Assembly (NCBI RefSeq): GCF_044704955.1
Contig: NC_091979.1
Span: 162,688,001-162,752,000, forward strand
Source: Pristiophorus japonicus
Lineage: Eukaryota
Direction of reading: 5' to 3'
DNA: 64,000 nt
In this document: piece after piece, positions 11,249 to 23,646 of the stretch
Layout of the letters: every line of letters starts with the position of its first letter
Numbering within the stretch: the stretch's first letter is position 1
Notes under the pieces: model-generated
Database searches by the model: none
What the model saw: only the letters and a program-made list of their open reading frames with translations
Told to the model about the DNA's origin: nothing
Program-made: the position numbers and the translations under genes

Positions 11249-14200
11249 TGTAAACCCTTAGGTGTCTGGCCTGTCTGAACAGGCCCCTAACACAAAGTAC
11301 CCACATCTAAAACACCTCCCCTGAAAACCACTAAGAATTTGGTTGGGAGAACGCATGATACCCCCTCACACCGTGGCTGTGATCTTAAAAGATGTGTGTG
11401 CAGAGATGATGCTCACCGATTCGCTGGCTTACTCGCTGCTTCTTCTGATGAAAAGGTGCCTCTTCTGGTTTCTACTCTCCGTCCCATATGGAGGGTTGGA
11501 TTCTTGTGCAGGCAAAGCAGTGAGGCAAGAGAGTGAGAGAGTGACCACACGGCCTCTTTTATATCCCAATACTGTCCGTCCTTTCAGGCTCAATAAAGTT
11601 TGTTTCGAGGCTTACTGTGGGCGTGTCTTCTGCTTTTAGCTCAATCAAGTTTTCTTCCTTTGTTTTGAGGTTTCCAGTGATGTGTTTTGCTTCCGAGCAG
11701 TGTGGGCTTAATATCTTTCTATTGTTCTAGTATCTCATCCAGGTAATGGCTCGATCACTGATCAGCTCACTTGACGAGTTCACATTGCTTAACAAATGGA
11801 CTCTCCATTTGCTCATCACCTGCGATAAATTGCCTTATCTTGGCCATTGTCTTCCCAGAAACCTTGTTCATCATTCCAGGTCTAACATGGAGCAGTACCT
11901 GGGCCCCTCCCATGAACAGCTTCCAGTTTTTTTTCTGCAGTGAGAAAAATATTAAAACGCAAATCCTTGGGGATTAAAACGCAAAGTCCAGCTCCTTGGG
12001 GATTCGATGCCGACAGGCCTTACACTCCCCCGTATGATATTTCAAGAGTCTGCCAGAACATATCAATATCCGCTGGTGAGCAAGTATCGTGGTTCCCAAC
12101 CAATCCTATTCTTTTTTTATTTTAAAACACCCCGAATATACGTCTCCGAAATACAACCGTGCATCGCACTGTTACCATATAGATATAGAACGTCGCATTC
12201 AAGGTTCATTAACTAAGGCCTCCCATCGACTACGGAGCACCTGACTTCTTTTTTTACAAGAAATACACAACAGGTATATCACAAACAAAAACTGTACAAT
12301 GACGAGAGCATATCCGGATGCACGGAGGAAAATCCACACTTATACCAGATCCCCCAGGGCGGGGAACTTATCCCTTTAATTCTGCGGTGTGTGAGGAGGT
12401 GACCACGGCGTTCTCGGCCGTGGGATCCTACTCCTCCCCATATCCACCACCACCATGGGCTCCTCACTGTCCCAAACTATGGGAGGAAGACCCGTGTCCA
12501 CCATGCTGTTTACAGCGCCTTGGTGCTTCTTTCTGTTTCTCCCTCTTTCCCCGGATTAAACAACTTGCACTGGTTCACATGGAACCACTTCGTGCGCTTC
12601 GGAAGCTTAACCGCGTATACCATGGGACGGGCCTTATCTACGATGCTGCAGGGTCCCATGTAAAAAGCCTCAAACATGCCCACCCGAGAATAATTGCGGA
12701 CCATGACCTGATCCCCGACCTTCCACTCGTGGGTTCTCTGGGGCTCGAGCAACAACCGATTGCTCCAGTGCTGCTTCCCCATGTTGCTGGCAGCTTGCCA
12801 ATGAATCTGTTTCAAGTGCTCGAACAGATTCTTGACAAACTTATCCCGGTTTACCTATCTCACCTGCCTCGCTGTGAGAACCGGCGGCAGAACCTGGGTG
12901 GGCGTGTGCATGACCCTACCAGTCATGAGCTCATGCGGGGAATACCCTGTGCTTCTAGCGAGGCTGGCTCGGACCCCCATCAGGTCAAACGACAGGACCT
13001 CAACCCACTTTTTCAGGGTCTGTTCTGTTTCCTTCTGCAGCCTTTCTTTGATGGTCCGATTATGTCGCTCCACAACCCCCGATGACTGTGGTTGTGAGCC
13101 ACATGCCATTTCCCTTCTATTCTTCACACTTTCAAGGTAGCCTCCATGATCTGCGGCAGTCACCACAAGAGAACACTTCCCTCACCAAGAACCTTGACAT
13201 CGCCAACGCTGTGGCTGATCAGCAAGGGAAGGCTTCAACCCACTTCGAGAAAATGTTCTACTTGTAACCCCACCTTTGCAGTGGGCAATGGTCCGATGTA
13301 ATCGACCTGTACCGACTGCCATGGTCCCTCTACTCTTCTTGTGTGTCCCATGGGAACCTTTCTTTTCTGAGGATCGAGGTTGTTCGATGCGCACAACAGA
13401 GAGTCTGCGCAGAAATCGCAGACATCCTCCCTCAGCTGCGGCCACCACCCTGCCTGTTCTACCCTCTGCCGGGTAGTTGCCAGGCCTGGGTGTCCTGCTT
13501 CTGGGCCCCCGTGGGCTATCTGGAGGAATTCCCTGCAGTGTTATTCTGGAACCACCCACTGATCTCCCCTGAAAAGCATTCCCTCCTTTAAAGTAATGCC
13601 GGCTACCCCGAACGGGCCTTCTACCCTTTCTCCCCTAACCAGCTGCTCCAGGACAACCTTGAGGGCAGGATCCCGTGCCTGGACTTTCCTCAAGTCCGGG
13701 GCCAATGCTACTCCTACACTCCTTGTGTTCCCCCTTTGTCCCGGATCGCTGCTACTGTGCTGGACTCGTATGGGTCCTAAAACTCTCCTGCTTTGGCTCC
13801 CTCCTTGGCTAACTCATCAGCCTTTTGGTTGCCTTCCCCTCTGGACTCTGTCTTGGAATAGGCCTTTACTTTATGAATGTAATGGCTTCCCTGGGTTCCC
13901 GTGGCCTCTAAGATCCTTTGCAACAGTGGTTTGGTTGCTAAGGGTTTCCCGTCTGCGGATGTGAAACTGCGACGAAACCAGGTGGCCACGTATGTGGTGG
14001 ATGATTTGCATCTGAAAATGGTGTATGGGATCGGGAATTTGTCGGCGTGGGTAACACCGTACACCACCGCCGACAGTTCGGCGTGCTAAGTGCTCAGGGT
14101 GGTCGGGAGTTTAATGATCCTTGCAATGCCTGCCGTCGGGTCATAAATCCCACACCCAGTGAAACGCTCCCCTGCTACCACTGAAATCGATCCATCGACA

Positions 14201-14640
14201 TATATTTCGCGGCCCATGTGGTGTAACCAGGCCCGAAATCCTATGTCTACGTCCCATACTCCCTCTATCGAACACTTATGGGCCGCACCTACATAGATCA
14301 TGTAAACAACCAGCTTGGGCTCACACAGGCCTTGTACTCTCAGATTCATCTGTGAGAGCAATAAAGTTCATCGAGCAATGCGAGCACTGCTCACCGTGCC
14401 GTCCTTTATCCTCCCATCAGCAACATCTGAGTGGGGATATGGTGGGTCAGTAGAATGATCTGGGATGATCCCGTGAAGAGCTGGGAGCGCTTCACGGCCG
14501 AATGCGTGGCAAGGAGATGCCTCTCGCAATTGGAGCACCCCCGTTCTACATCTGTGAGGACTCTTGAGGAGTACGCCACGGGTCGCAGCTTGTTGTGCCG
14601 CTCCTGGAGCAGCACCGCACTCAAACTGTCCCTGCATGCT
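11249..14640 (-). mobile_element. Endogenous retrovirus-like (lokiretrovirus-like) 3' fragment: tether + RNase H + integrase + PPT + 3' LTR (11249-12024)
   Basis: Tether LRPVAYSSR...ERHLLA...VSSARIAR; RNase H IYVDGS...HAELSAV...GNQKADELAK; integrase HH-CC-like region, QVDYIGPLP, SSGVVERHNRTIK and a GPY/F-like tail. PPT gggggag is followed by an LTR with TGTAA...TTACA ends and TATAAAAG at 11556-11563. Confidence 0.8.
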
Positions 14641-15440
14641 CTCGGCGATGAGACTCGAGGTGCTCAGCGCCCTCCCGGATGCTCTTCCTCCACTTAGGGT
14701 GGTCTTTGGTCAGGGACTCCCAGGTGTCGGTGGGGATGTTGCACTTTATCAAGGAGGCTTTGAGGGTGTCCTTGGAATGTTTCCTCTGCCCACCTGGGGC
14801 TCACTTGCCGTGTTGGAGTTCTGAGTCGAATGCTTGATTTGGGATTCTTGTGTCGGGCATGTGCACAATGTGGCCTGCCCAACGGAGCTTGTCAAGTGTG
14901 GTCAGTGCTTCGATGCTGGGGATGTTGGGCTGGTCAAGAACACTGACATTGGTGCATCTATCCTCCCAGGGGATTTGCAGGATCTTGCGGAGACATCGTT
15001 GGTAGTATTTCTCCAGAAATTTGAGATGTCTACTGTATATGGCCCATGTCTCTGAGCCATACAGGAGGCCGGGTATCACTACAGCCCTGTAGATCATAAG
15101 CTTGGTGCCAGATTTGAGGGCTGATCTTTGAACACTCTCTTCCTCAGGCGACCGAAGGCTGCGCTGGCGCACTGGAGTCGGTGTTGGACCTCATCATTGA
15201 TGTCTGCCTTTGCTGATAGTAGGCTTCCGAGGTATGGAAAGTGGTCCACGTTGTCTAAGGCCACACTGTGGATTTTAATATCCGTGAGCAGAGCTGTGTG
15301 TCTGGGTCAGGTTGGTGGAGTACCTTTGCCTTAAGGATGTTTAGTGTAAGGCCCATGGTCTCGTATGCCTCGGTGAAGATGTTGACGATGGCTTGGAGTT
15401 CAGCCTCTGAATGTGCGCAGATGCAAGCGTCGTCCCGGAG
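14633..15440 (-). mobile_element. RTE-clade LINE fragment (RT C-terminal half)
   Basis: ORF 14801-15172 (TKLMIYRAVVIPGLLYGSETW...LRWAGHIVHM) is a typical RTE C-terminus. The 3' tail is missing. Confidence 0.85.
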
Positions 15441-15999
15441 CTCCCTTTAAATGTTAGATTACACACACACTCAGTTGTAGTAATGCAGGGTCAGGTCTTT
15501 ATTAAAACTTCATACTGAACAAAACCACTATGAAAGCTCCTGAGACACACACTTCACAAAACCAGTGTATCCTATTAAAACAGTGTTCGCTTACATCCCT
15601 TATACTAACTCAAGTCTTTGATCACTATATTTCGTGCATACTATCAACAAATCATGGTGCATCAATGGTTCATACAAATACTAACAGAATGACAAATGAA
15701 ACTAAACGACCAGGCATCCAACTCTTCTGAAACTGCTTTATTGCTGCAATCAATTCTTGCCATACATTTTATTGCTACAACACACAGGTGACCAAATTGA
15801 CACATTTGACTATGGCTGAATGACTCTCACACCTTCTAGCATCTTCTTTCCTGTGGAGGCATCCTCTGCTTTGATCTCTGACCCAATTAATTCACAATCC
15901 ATGCTCATCAGAAAGCTGCTTGAACCTTTAACCCAGCATGTGTTGTTCTTAAAGTCTGCACAAAAGCGAGGTATTCAGGTTTACAAACTTTTGCTTCCA

Positions 16000-18015
16000 C
16001 AGCTGCCATGACTCTTTCATCCTTCACCAGTCCAGCTTCCCTCAGCTCTTAGCTCCTCCAACAGAAGTTCTGGCTGGCTGCTTGGAGACCAAGGCTATCC
16101 ACTAATGAGATGGCTCATGACACCCTTGAGGAGGCCAAGTACTGAGGCCTAGGAGAGATTTAATGAAAGCCTCATTTCCATCAGATGTGTCATTGAGCAG
16201 ACAATAGGCATGCTGAAAATGCACTTCAGATGCCTTGACAGACCTGGAGTAGCCCTTCAATGCACACCAGCCCGGGTCTCCAGAATCGTTGTGGTCTGCT
16301 GCATCCTGCACAACATAGCGCAGCAGCGAGGATTAGTGCTGCATGAGGAGCAAGGCACTGAGCACACAGATTCGTCAGAGGAGGTGGAGCAGTGGCTAGT
16401 ATACGAGGAGGAGCAGGAACAGGAGGAAACAGTGGTCCAGATACCACCAGTACACGAGCAAATTGCTGCCCAGGAGGCCAGGGATGGGGAAATTATGGCC
16501 AGATTTACTTAATTCTTTATTCAATACACCCATATGGCTGCCAGGTGCTGTGACAAGTTGGCACCAACCCACAGCAACATCAAAAAGCATCTCCACAGTA
16601 ACCAAGTCATTCCTTTCACACTGACCACCATTGCTGGAGGTAATGTTATGTCTGACCATTCACTCCAATGCACTAAGACACTTTTAAAGGTGCAAACAAA
16701 TTTGTTCAAGACCAGAAAGTGGTGAAAATACAATTTTTATGTGTGACATCATACTAAGGGAAATTTTACAGAAACATTGAATAAAACACTCAAGTGGCTA
16801 CTCTTCTCAATCTACTTGTGTGTCATATTTTGCTTACACATGCTTCTACAAGGTGCTACCTCTGTGACTTCAGCAGAGGTAGAGGCAGAGACAACCTACT
16901 CACCTCCCTGCTGCAACAGCTTAGACACTCATGGCGGATGACCTCAGGGTTTAGGAGCCTGTGATGGCCTTACCAAAGTCTACTCCTCCTGTTACTGTGC
17001 AGGGGTAGACTCGCCCCCATGTCTATGTTGATGTGCCTTCTAGAGAGGGGGTCTATGCTCCTCTGCCATCTATTTTCCATAGATAGCCATCTATTCTCCA
17101 TAGATAGCTATCCATTCTCTATAGATAACTATCTATTCTCCATAGAGACCATGTGCTACTGTGATTGGTGCATTAGCTGCTCCATGCAGGTGGCCATCCT
17201 ATCCATGGAAGAGCCTACAGTCACCATCGCCTGTGACATGTTGGTGCTCATGTTAGAGATGGACTCCTCCATTTTTCGCACATTTGCAGACATTGTACTC
17301 GCAAAAACCGGATGGTGATGAGTGTGATGGGTGGCTCGTCAGATGGGGATGTGAGTATGTAGATAGAGAGAGAGGAATAGGTGGACATGCAAGGTATGTT
17401 TATGTGAGTAAGGATGAGCAGTGGTAGGTATGGGAAGGCAGAGTGATGGGGATTTGATGAGAGACACAGCAGGATGAAGTTGAGTGTGGCTTTGTACTCA
17501 CCTTTCCTGATCTAATGAGATCATTGAAATGTTTCAGTCACTGCACCCAGGTCCTCCTCACAATATCCCTGCTGTTCACCTCCTCAGCTATTTGTAGTCT
17601 TTTGGTCTCTTGGGGAGATCTCTTTCACCCATTAAAAGGGAATAAAGCTCCCTGTGTGCACTGACTCCCTCCACAAGCATATGGAGGGAGTCATCGGAGA
17701 ACCAGGATGCTGCCCTCTGTCTCTATGCAGCCATGTCTGGAAATGTTTGCAACACTCCAATGGTGCAGTGTGCTGCCTGCACACTCCAAGATGAACCTTC
17801 AATGCAATTTGGCCATGGCTCTTTTAAATATCCGGCCTGAAAATGCATCATCGATGATGTCATCAGATCTGCATCATTTAATAGGGCTTGGCAACGCGCA
17901 GGGGGGATAATAGGCCCCATTAACGCAAAGTGGATTAGAGGAGCAGGTGAAATCAACATTGGGGTCCCGACCCGCCATGGCGACCGACCACACCCAGTTA
18001 ACCAAAATTCTGGAC
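16000..18015. mobile_element. Harbinger/PIF DNA transposon remnant: transposase C-terminus (+, ~16000-16512) convergent with Myb/SANT gene remnant (-, ~16800-17750)
   Basis: The + strand reads [41 protein letters not shown] (HARBI1-like DDE). The minus strand reads RRTWVQ*LKHFNDL followed by a GK|gtgagt donor (Myb/SANT-like). The terminus is aaaattctggac. Confidence 0.82.
17065..17148. repeat. 21-bp tandem repeat x4 (gccatctattctccatagata consensus)
   Basis: Four adjacent imperfect copies read directly in the sequence. Confidence 0.85.
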
Positions 18016-18125
18016 ATTAACTCCGTTTCTCTCTGCACAGATGCTGCCTGAACTCCTGAGTGATGCCTGCATAATGTGTTTATATTTCAGATTAGCAGCA
18101 TCCACAGTATGTTGCTTTTATTTTT
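18016..18125 (+). mobile_element. Penelope-like terminal remnant (unit of gene 2)
   Basis: Homologous to 11105-11203, 27650-27740 and 45286-45395. Confidence 0.55.
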
Positions 18126-18454
18126 TCTCCGTTAGAAGTGTCATTTTTTTGACGGTAAGATTTTTTATGAAATGCTTCCCAGTGCCCATCCAATAGGTAC
18201 TCTGGAAATACTTTGCATTCTTACTTTTGAGTTGTATAACCTACTTAAAGTGATCACCACATGCGGGTGCACAAACACAGCACTGACTCAAATGCGCTTT
18301 TTGCAGTTCAACATTGAGCAATGGATCGATTCATCGCAGAAAGTGGTGAACAATGGAAATGGATTCCTCTATATTTCAGTTGCCTGATGTGTTTTTCAAT
18401 GTTTTTACTTCAAAAGGGACATATTCTCTCGGGGTTCTGGGTGAGAATTAAGCT

Positions 18455-20155
18455 TTGGTTCGGTATTCACTGAGGAGGACACAAACAACCTTCCGGATAT
18501 AAAAGGGGTCGGAGGGTCTAGTAAGGAGGAGGAACTGAGGGAAATCCTTATTAGTCGGGAAATTGTGTTGGGGAAATTGATGGGATTGAAGGCCGATAAA
18601 TCCCCAGGGCCTGATGAACTGCATCCCAGAGTACTTAAGGAGGTGGCCTTGGAAATAGTGGATGCATTGACAGTCATTTTCCAACATTCCATTGATTCTG
18701 GATCAGTTCCTATCGAGTGGAGGGTAGCCAATGTAACCCCACTTTTTAAAAAAGGAGGGAGAGAGAAAACAGGGAATTATAGACCGGTCAGCCTGACATC
18801 GGTAGTGGGTAAAATGATGGAATCAATTATTAAGGATGTCATAGCAGTGCATTTGGAAAGAGGTAATATGATAGGTCCAAGTCAGCATGGATTTGTGAAA
18901 GAGAATTTTTTGAGGATGTTTCCAGTAGAGTGGACAAGGGAGAACCAGTTGATGTGGTATATTTGGACTTTCAGAAGGCTTTCGACAAGGTCCCACACAA
19001 GAGATTAATGTGCAAAGTTAAAGCACATGGGATTGGGGGTAGTGTGCTGACATGGATTGAGAACTGGTTGTCAGACAGGAAGCAAAGAGTAGGAGTAAAT
19101 GGGGACTTTTCAGAATGGCAGGCAGTGACTAGTGGGGTACCGCAAGGTTCTGTGCTGGGGCCCCAGCTGTTTACACTGTACATTAATGATTTAGACGAGG
19201 GGATTAAATGTAGTATCTCCAAATTTGCGGATGACACTAAGTTGGGTGGCAGTATGAGCTGCGAGGAGGATGCTATGAGGCTGCAGAGCGACTTGGATAG
19301 GTTAGGTGAGTGGGCAAATGCATGGCAGATGAAGTATAATGTGGATAAATGTGAGGTTATCCACTTTGGTGGTAAAAACAGAGAGACAGACTATTATCTG
19401 AATGGTGACAGATTAGGAAAAGGGGAGGTGCAAAGAGACCTGGGTGTCATGGTACATCAGTCATTGAAGGTTGGCATGCAGGTACAGCAGGCGGTTAAGA
19501 AAGCAAATGGCATGTTGGCCTGCATAGCGAGGGGATTTGAGTACAGGGGCAGGGAGGTGTTGCTACAGTTGTACAGGGCCTTGGTGAGGCCACACCTGGA
19601 GTATTGTGTACAGTTTTGGTCTCCTAACCTGAGGAAGGACATTCTTGCTATTGAGGGAATGCAGCGAAGGTTCACCAGACTGATTCCCGGGATGGCGGGA
19701 CTGACCTATCAAGAAAGACTGGATCAACTGGGCTTGTATTCACTGGAGTTCAGAAGAATGAGAGGGGACCTCATAGAAACGTTTAAAATTCTGACAGGGT
19801 TAGACAGGTTAGATGCAGGAAGAATGTTCCCAATGTTGGGGAAGTCCAGAACCAGGGGACACAGTCTAAGGATAAGGGGGATGCCATTTAGGACCAAGAT
19901 GAGGAGGAATTTCTTCACCCAGAGAGTGGTGAACCTGTGGAATTCTCTACCCCAGAAAGTTGTTGAGGCCAATTCACTAAATATATTCAAAAAGGAGTTA
20001 GATGAAGTCCTTACTACTAGGGGAATCAAAGGGTATGGTGAGAAAGCAGGAATGGGGTACTGAAGTTGCATGTTCAGCCATGAACTCATTGAATGGCGGT
20101 GCAGGCTAGAAGGGCTGAATGGCCTACTCCTGCACCTATTTTCTATGTTTCTATG
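18455..20155 (+). mobile_element. CR1 LINE, 5'-truncated, young (RT and 3' end)
   Basis: ORFs 18565-19008 and 18930-20063 (377 aa) encode the CR1 RT, followed by a TTTCTATG tail. The flanks rejoin to match the uninterrupted gene-3 flank near 28050. Confidence 0.95.
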
Positions 20156-20564
20156 AATTTAATCTTGCTGATATTGATACATTAAATGATCCTGAATTTT
20201 ATTCTAACTTTCCTTTCGTCAACTGAAATGATAGAAATGACCACCTTCGATTACATTCATGGGACAAGCAATCCTCATTCATAGTGACTGAAAGTTCAAT
20301 TCTCATTGTCATGAAGTCAGTATTTTCAATTGTAAATAATATGGACAACATTAATTCCTAAATATGCATTTATTGACTTGAAATATATTCATTAGTTGAG
20401 ATAAAATGCTGAACATAAGACTCTAACCCTGAGATTTCCATGAGATTTCTACTGATTTCCACACAATCCAAAAATAAATGAATAAAGATGTTTGTCAAGT
20501 ATAGGAGATTTTATTAATTTCAAGAGTATTTCAGAAAGACAAAACCATGATTTTCAAGAACAAT

Positions 20565-21480
20565 CTAGAAGTCCCTCATGCGCCTGAAAGATCCGACAGT
20601 TGAGTTGTAGCCGCCCCAGTCACTGAATCTCCTGTATTCACCGGGTCTCATGAAGTACTGTCGGCCTCTGTAGTTGGGTTGTTCATAGAAGTTCCAGTAA
20701 CCGTCCATCACATGGCAGGAGTGAATGTCACGGTAACGGAAACGATCGTAGACAGATGGACAGTCATCCATGAATTCCATCATCTGTCCTCCAAAGTCAG
20801 GCCTCTCGTAAATCTTCATTCTATAGTTTCCACCTCGGTACTGGAATAGAAATAAAATTATGTTTTTCATTAATCTATAAATCTTCAGTGTCTAGAAATA
20901 TATCTTTTCCTGGTGAGAAGGATTTAGATCAACAGACAGACAGTTCAATAACATGTATTTCCTAGTTTGAGAAATTATTAATTTACCAACCTCTATCTTT
21001 CCTCAGATCATCTTTTACGAGGATGCTAACTGAAATTACTAAATCCAGCAGCTGGAGTTGTTCAGCATGGTATTCATTTACTAGATCTCAATTGGTTTAA
21101 AACAAATTAACCAGCAAATTATAACTTACATGTGGGTAAGTGCGACATGACCTGATGTTGTCATTGAATCCCATCCAGCGTTGGTAGTCAGGATATTCTC
21201 CCCTGCTCAGAACATACTGGTATCCCATGTAATTGGGTTTTTCATACCCCACCCACCAGTCACTCTCCACACGGATGGAGTTACAGCGGCTGAAGTAAGG
21301 GGACAGGTCAGCACAGTCAGTATTGCACTCGTAGTGCCGACCCTGGAAGTTCCTGTCCTCGTAAAAGATGATCTGTGGAAAGATAGAGGTTTGTAAATTA
21401 ATATGTTATCAAACTAGGAGATACGAAATGAAGAATTCTAATACAATGTGTAATATCTGAGCTGTCCTTGCCTTTCCCAT
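20565..21480 (-). CDS. cryg: Gamma-crystallin (shark gamma-S1-like), copy 2; exons 21480-21472, 21372-21130, 20840-20565; 175 aa
   Basis: Open spliced frame MGK|[20 protein letters not shown]...CRTYPH|[18 protein letters not shown]...[10 protein letters not shown]. Intron 1 is GC-AG (99 nt) and intron 2 is GT-AG (289 nt). Confidence 0.96.
20960..21023 (+). repeat. Inverted 64-bp copy of the intron1/exon2 junction inside intron 2 of gene 2
   Basis: The reverse complement matches 21356-21419 at 59/64 and 29846-29909 at 62/64 by manual alignment. Confidence 0.92.
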
Positions 21481-21539
21481 TTTGAGCTCACAGTTAGCTT
21501 AGTAACTGACTGAATGTTTCACTGTTTCACACAGCGTGG

Positions 21540-21715
21540 TATTTATACACTGGGCAGAAAGGCCTCCCTGGGCTGTACTTTTGTTATTCTAATGGTTCAG
21601 GACTGAAAATCAGCAAAAACCAACATTACACATGTTCCATTTATTGTAGAAAAACACCTGAAAGACTCCTGATGTGTCATTGATTCTTTCCCTTTTGCCG
21701 TCATGTCACTTTAAT
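21540..21715 (-). promoter_or_regulatory. Crystallin gene 2 proximal promoter (TATAAATA 21540-21547; half-MARE 21610-21615)
   Basis: Same conserved block as upstream of gene 1. Confidence 0.8.
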
Positions 21716-21789
21716 TGTTGTTTGAACATAACAGTTCTGGAACAGTCACAGCTCTAAAATCACACAGTTCTGTTCCAAATAGTTTGGTA

Positions 21790-23163
21790 TTTTTCTCCTC
21801 CACACTCATCTCCAACAACATGTGCGAGGAGCTCATGAACTTCCTTGTCACTAAAGTTGAGAAGATAGGTTCATCAGTGTCTGCCGCTTCACTCCCTCCA
21901 CCCAGCCCACTGGGCCAAACTTCAACTAAGGTTCCCCTGCCCTAGCCCTGAACTCACATTTTCTATTGTTTCTCCCCAACCTGCTCTCATGCCCTCTCCA
22001 AGCTGAGCTTGTCCATGAGACCCACTTACAGCTCCCTCAACCCTATTCCCAAAAAACTGTTGACCACGCATCTCCACTTGTGGCCCCTATGTTAGCTGAT
22101 ATTGTTAACAGTTCTCTCTCCTCAGGTATTGCCTCCTCCCGTTCAAATCTGCTGTCATCACCACCCCCCCTCAAAAAATCCATCCCTGACCCCTCTACCA
22201 TTGCAAATTACCACCCAATCTCTAATCTCCAACCTCCCTTTCCACTCCAAAGTCTGTGAATGTGCTGTCGCTTTCCAAATCCAAGCTCCCTTTTCCTGGA
22301 ACTCCATGTTTGAATCCCTCTAATCAGTTATCCACACCTGCCACAGTACTGAAACAGCACTTATGAAAGACACAAATTACATCCTATATGACTCTGCCTG
22401 TGGCAAACTATCCCTCCTCATCCTCCTCAACCTGTCTGCAGCCTTTGACACGGTTGACCACACCATCCTCCTGCGATGCCTCTCCTCCATCGTCCAGGTG
22501 GGTGGGGCTTCACTCGCCTCCTTCCATTCGTATCTATCCAGTTGTAGTCAGACAATTACATTCAGTGGCTTCCCTTCCCGACCCACACCGTTACCAAGGA
22601 TCTATCCTGTCTCCCTCCTATTTCTCATCGACCTCAGTGACATCTCCCAAAAATGCGACGTCAGATTCCACATGTAAGCTGACGACAACCAGCTCTACCT
22701 TACCACCATCTCTCTCAACCAGTCCACTTTCTCTAATTTGTCACATTTCTTGAACGACATCCAGTAGTTCCATTAAACTAAATATTGAGAAGACCAAAGC
22801 CATTGTCTTCAGTCCCCACCACAAACTCTGTTCCCTGGCCACCGACTCCATCACTCCACCATGCAACTCGGTGTCTGAGGGTGAACCAGACTGTCTGCAA
22901 CATTGCCGGCCATGCCTTCAGCTGTCTAGACCCTAAGCTCTGGAATTCCTTCCCTAAACCTCTCCATCTCTCTACCTCATTTTCCTTCTTTAAGACATTC
23001 TTTTAAACCTATCTCTTTGAGCAAGCTTTTGGTCATCTGCCCTAATATCTCCAAAAGTGGCTCGGTGTCAAATGTTATTTGATACCACTCCTGCGAAGCG
23101 CCTTGGTACGTTTTACTACAGTAACGGCACTATATAAATACCAGTTATTGTTGTTATTGTTGT
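21790..23163 (+). mobile_element. Old L2 LINE fragment (paralog of 4530-6295)
   Basis: ORF 22363-22677 ([19 protein letters not shown]) is an L2 RT remnant. The L2 3' end reads ctgcgaagcgccttgg...ttgttgtt. Confidence 0.82.
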
Positions 23164-23646
23164 GTAATTATCTGGTTCTTCTCCCAAACTGTCCAAGGTA
23201 AAGACATACTTATCTCGAGCATGTCACTTTGATTATGGCCTTGTACACATCATTTTGAGTTTAGTTTCCAGATTGTCCCAGTGCTCCCTCTCAAAATCCT
23301 TCATGCAATGACATCATGGCAGACATCAATCTGCTGATACTATTTCCTTCATGTGTTGCCATATTTTGGGTGGTGTTTATTAACATTAATTACACACCAT
23401 ACTTGGTTCATGTATTTTAAGAGTCTTACATATCAATGAGCTGTACCCTTTTTTTGTTTTAAATTTCAGGACAATTACTAGGAATATTAGAATAGGTAAA
23501 ATGTGGAAAACAGTGACAGGGATCGAACGTATCTATTACCTGTGTTTATACTGAGGGCAAAGGTTAAAGGCCAGATATGTAGGTAGGTCCCCTTGGATAA
23601 AGATGTTGGTAAAGGACCAGGAAATAATAGAATTTAGCAAAAGTTT

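Noticed and set aside
12318-13085. 255-aa + strand ORF as a possible antisense retroviral accessory gene
   Set aside because: No recognisable motifs, and it overlaps GC-rich integrase sequence where long antisense ORFs arise easily. It cannot be supported from one copy.
12510-14640. Host NYNRIN/GIN-like domesticated gene
   Set aside because: Multiple stops and frameshifts, plus an adjacent PPT and LTR, indicate a decayed proviral fragment.
17065-17148. Possible CRISPR-like array
   Set aside because: Contiguous tandem units without spacers, in eukaryotic transposon DNA.
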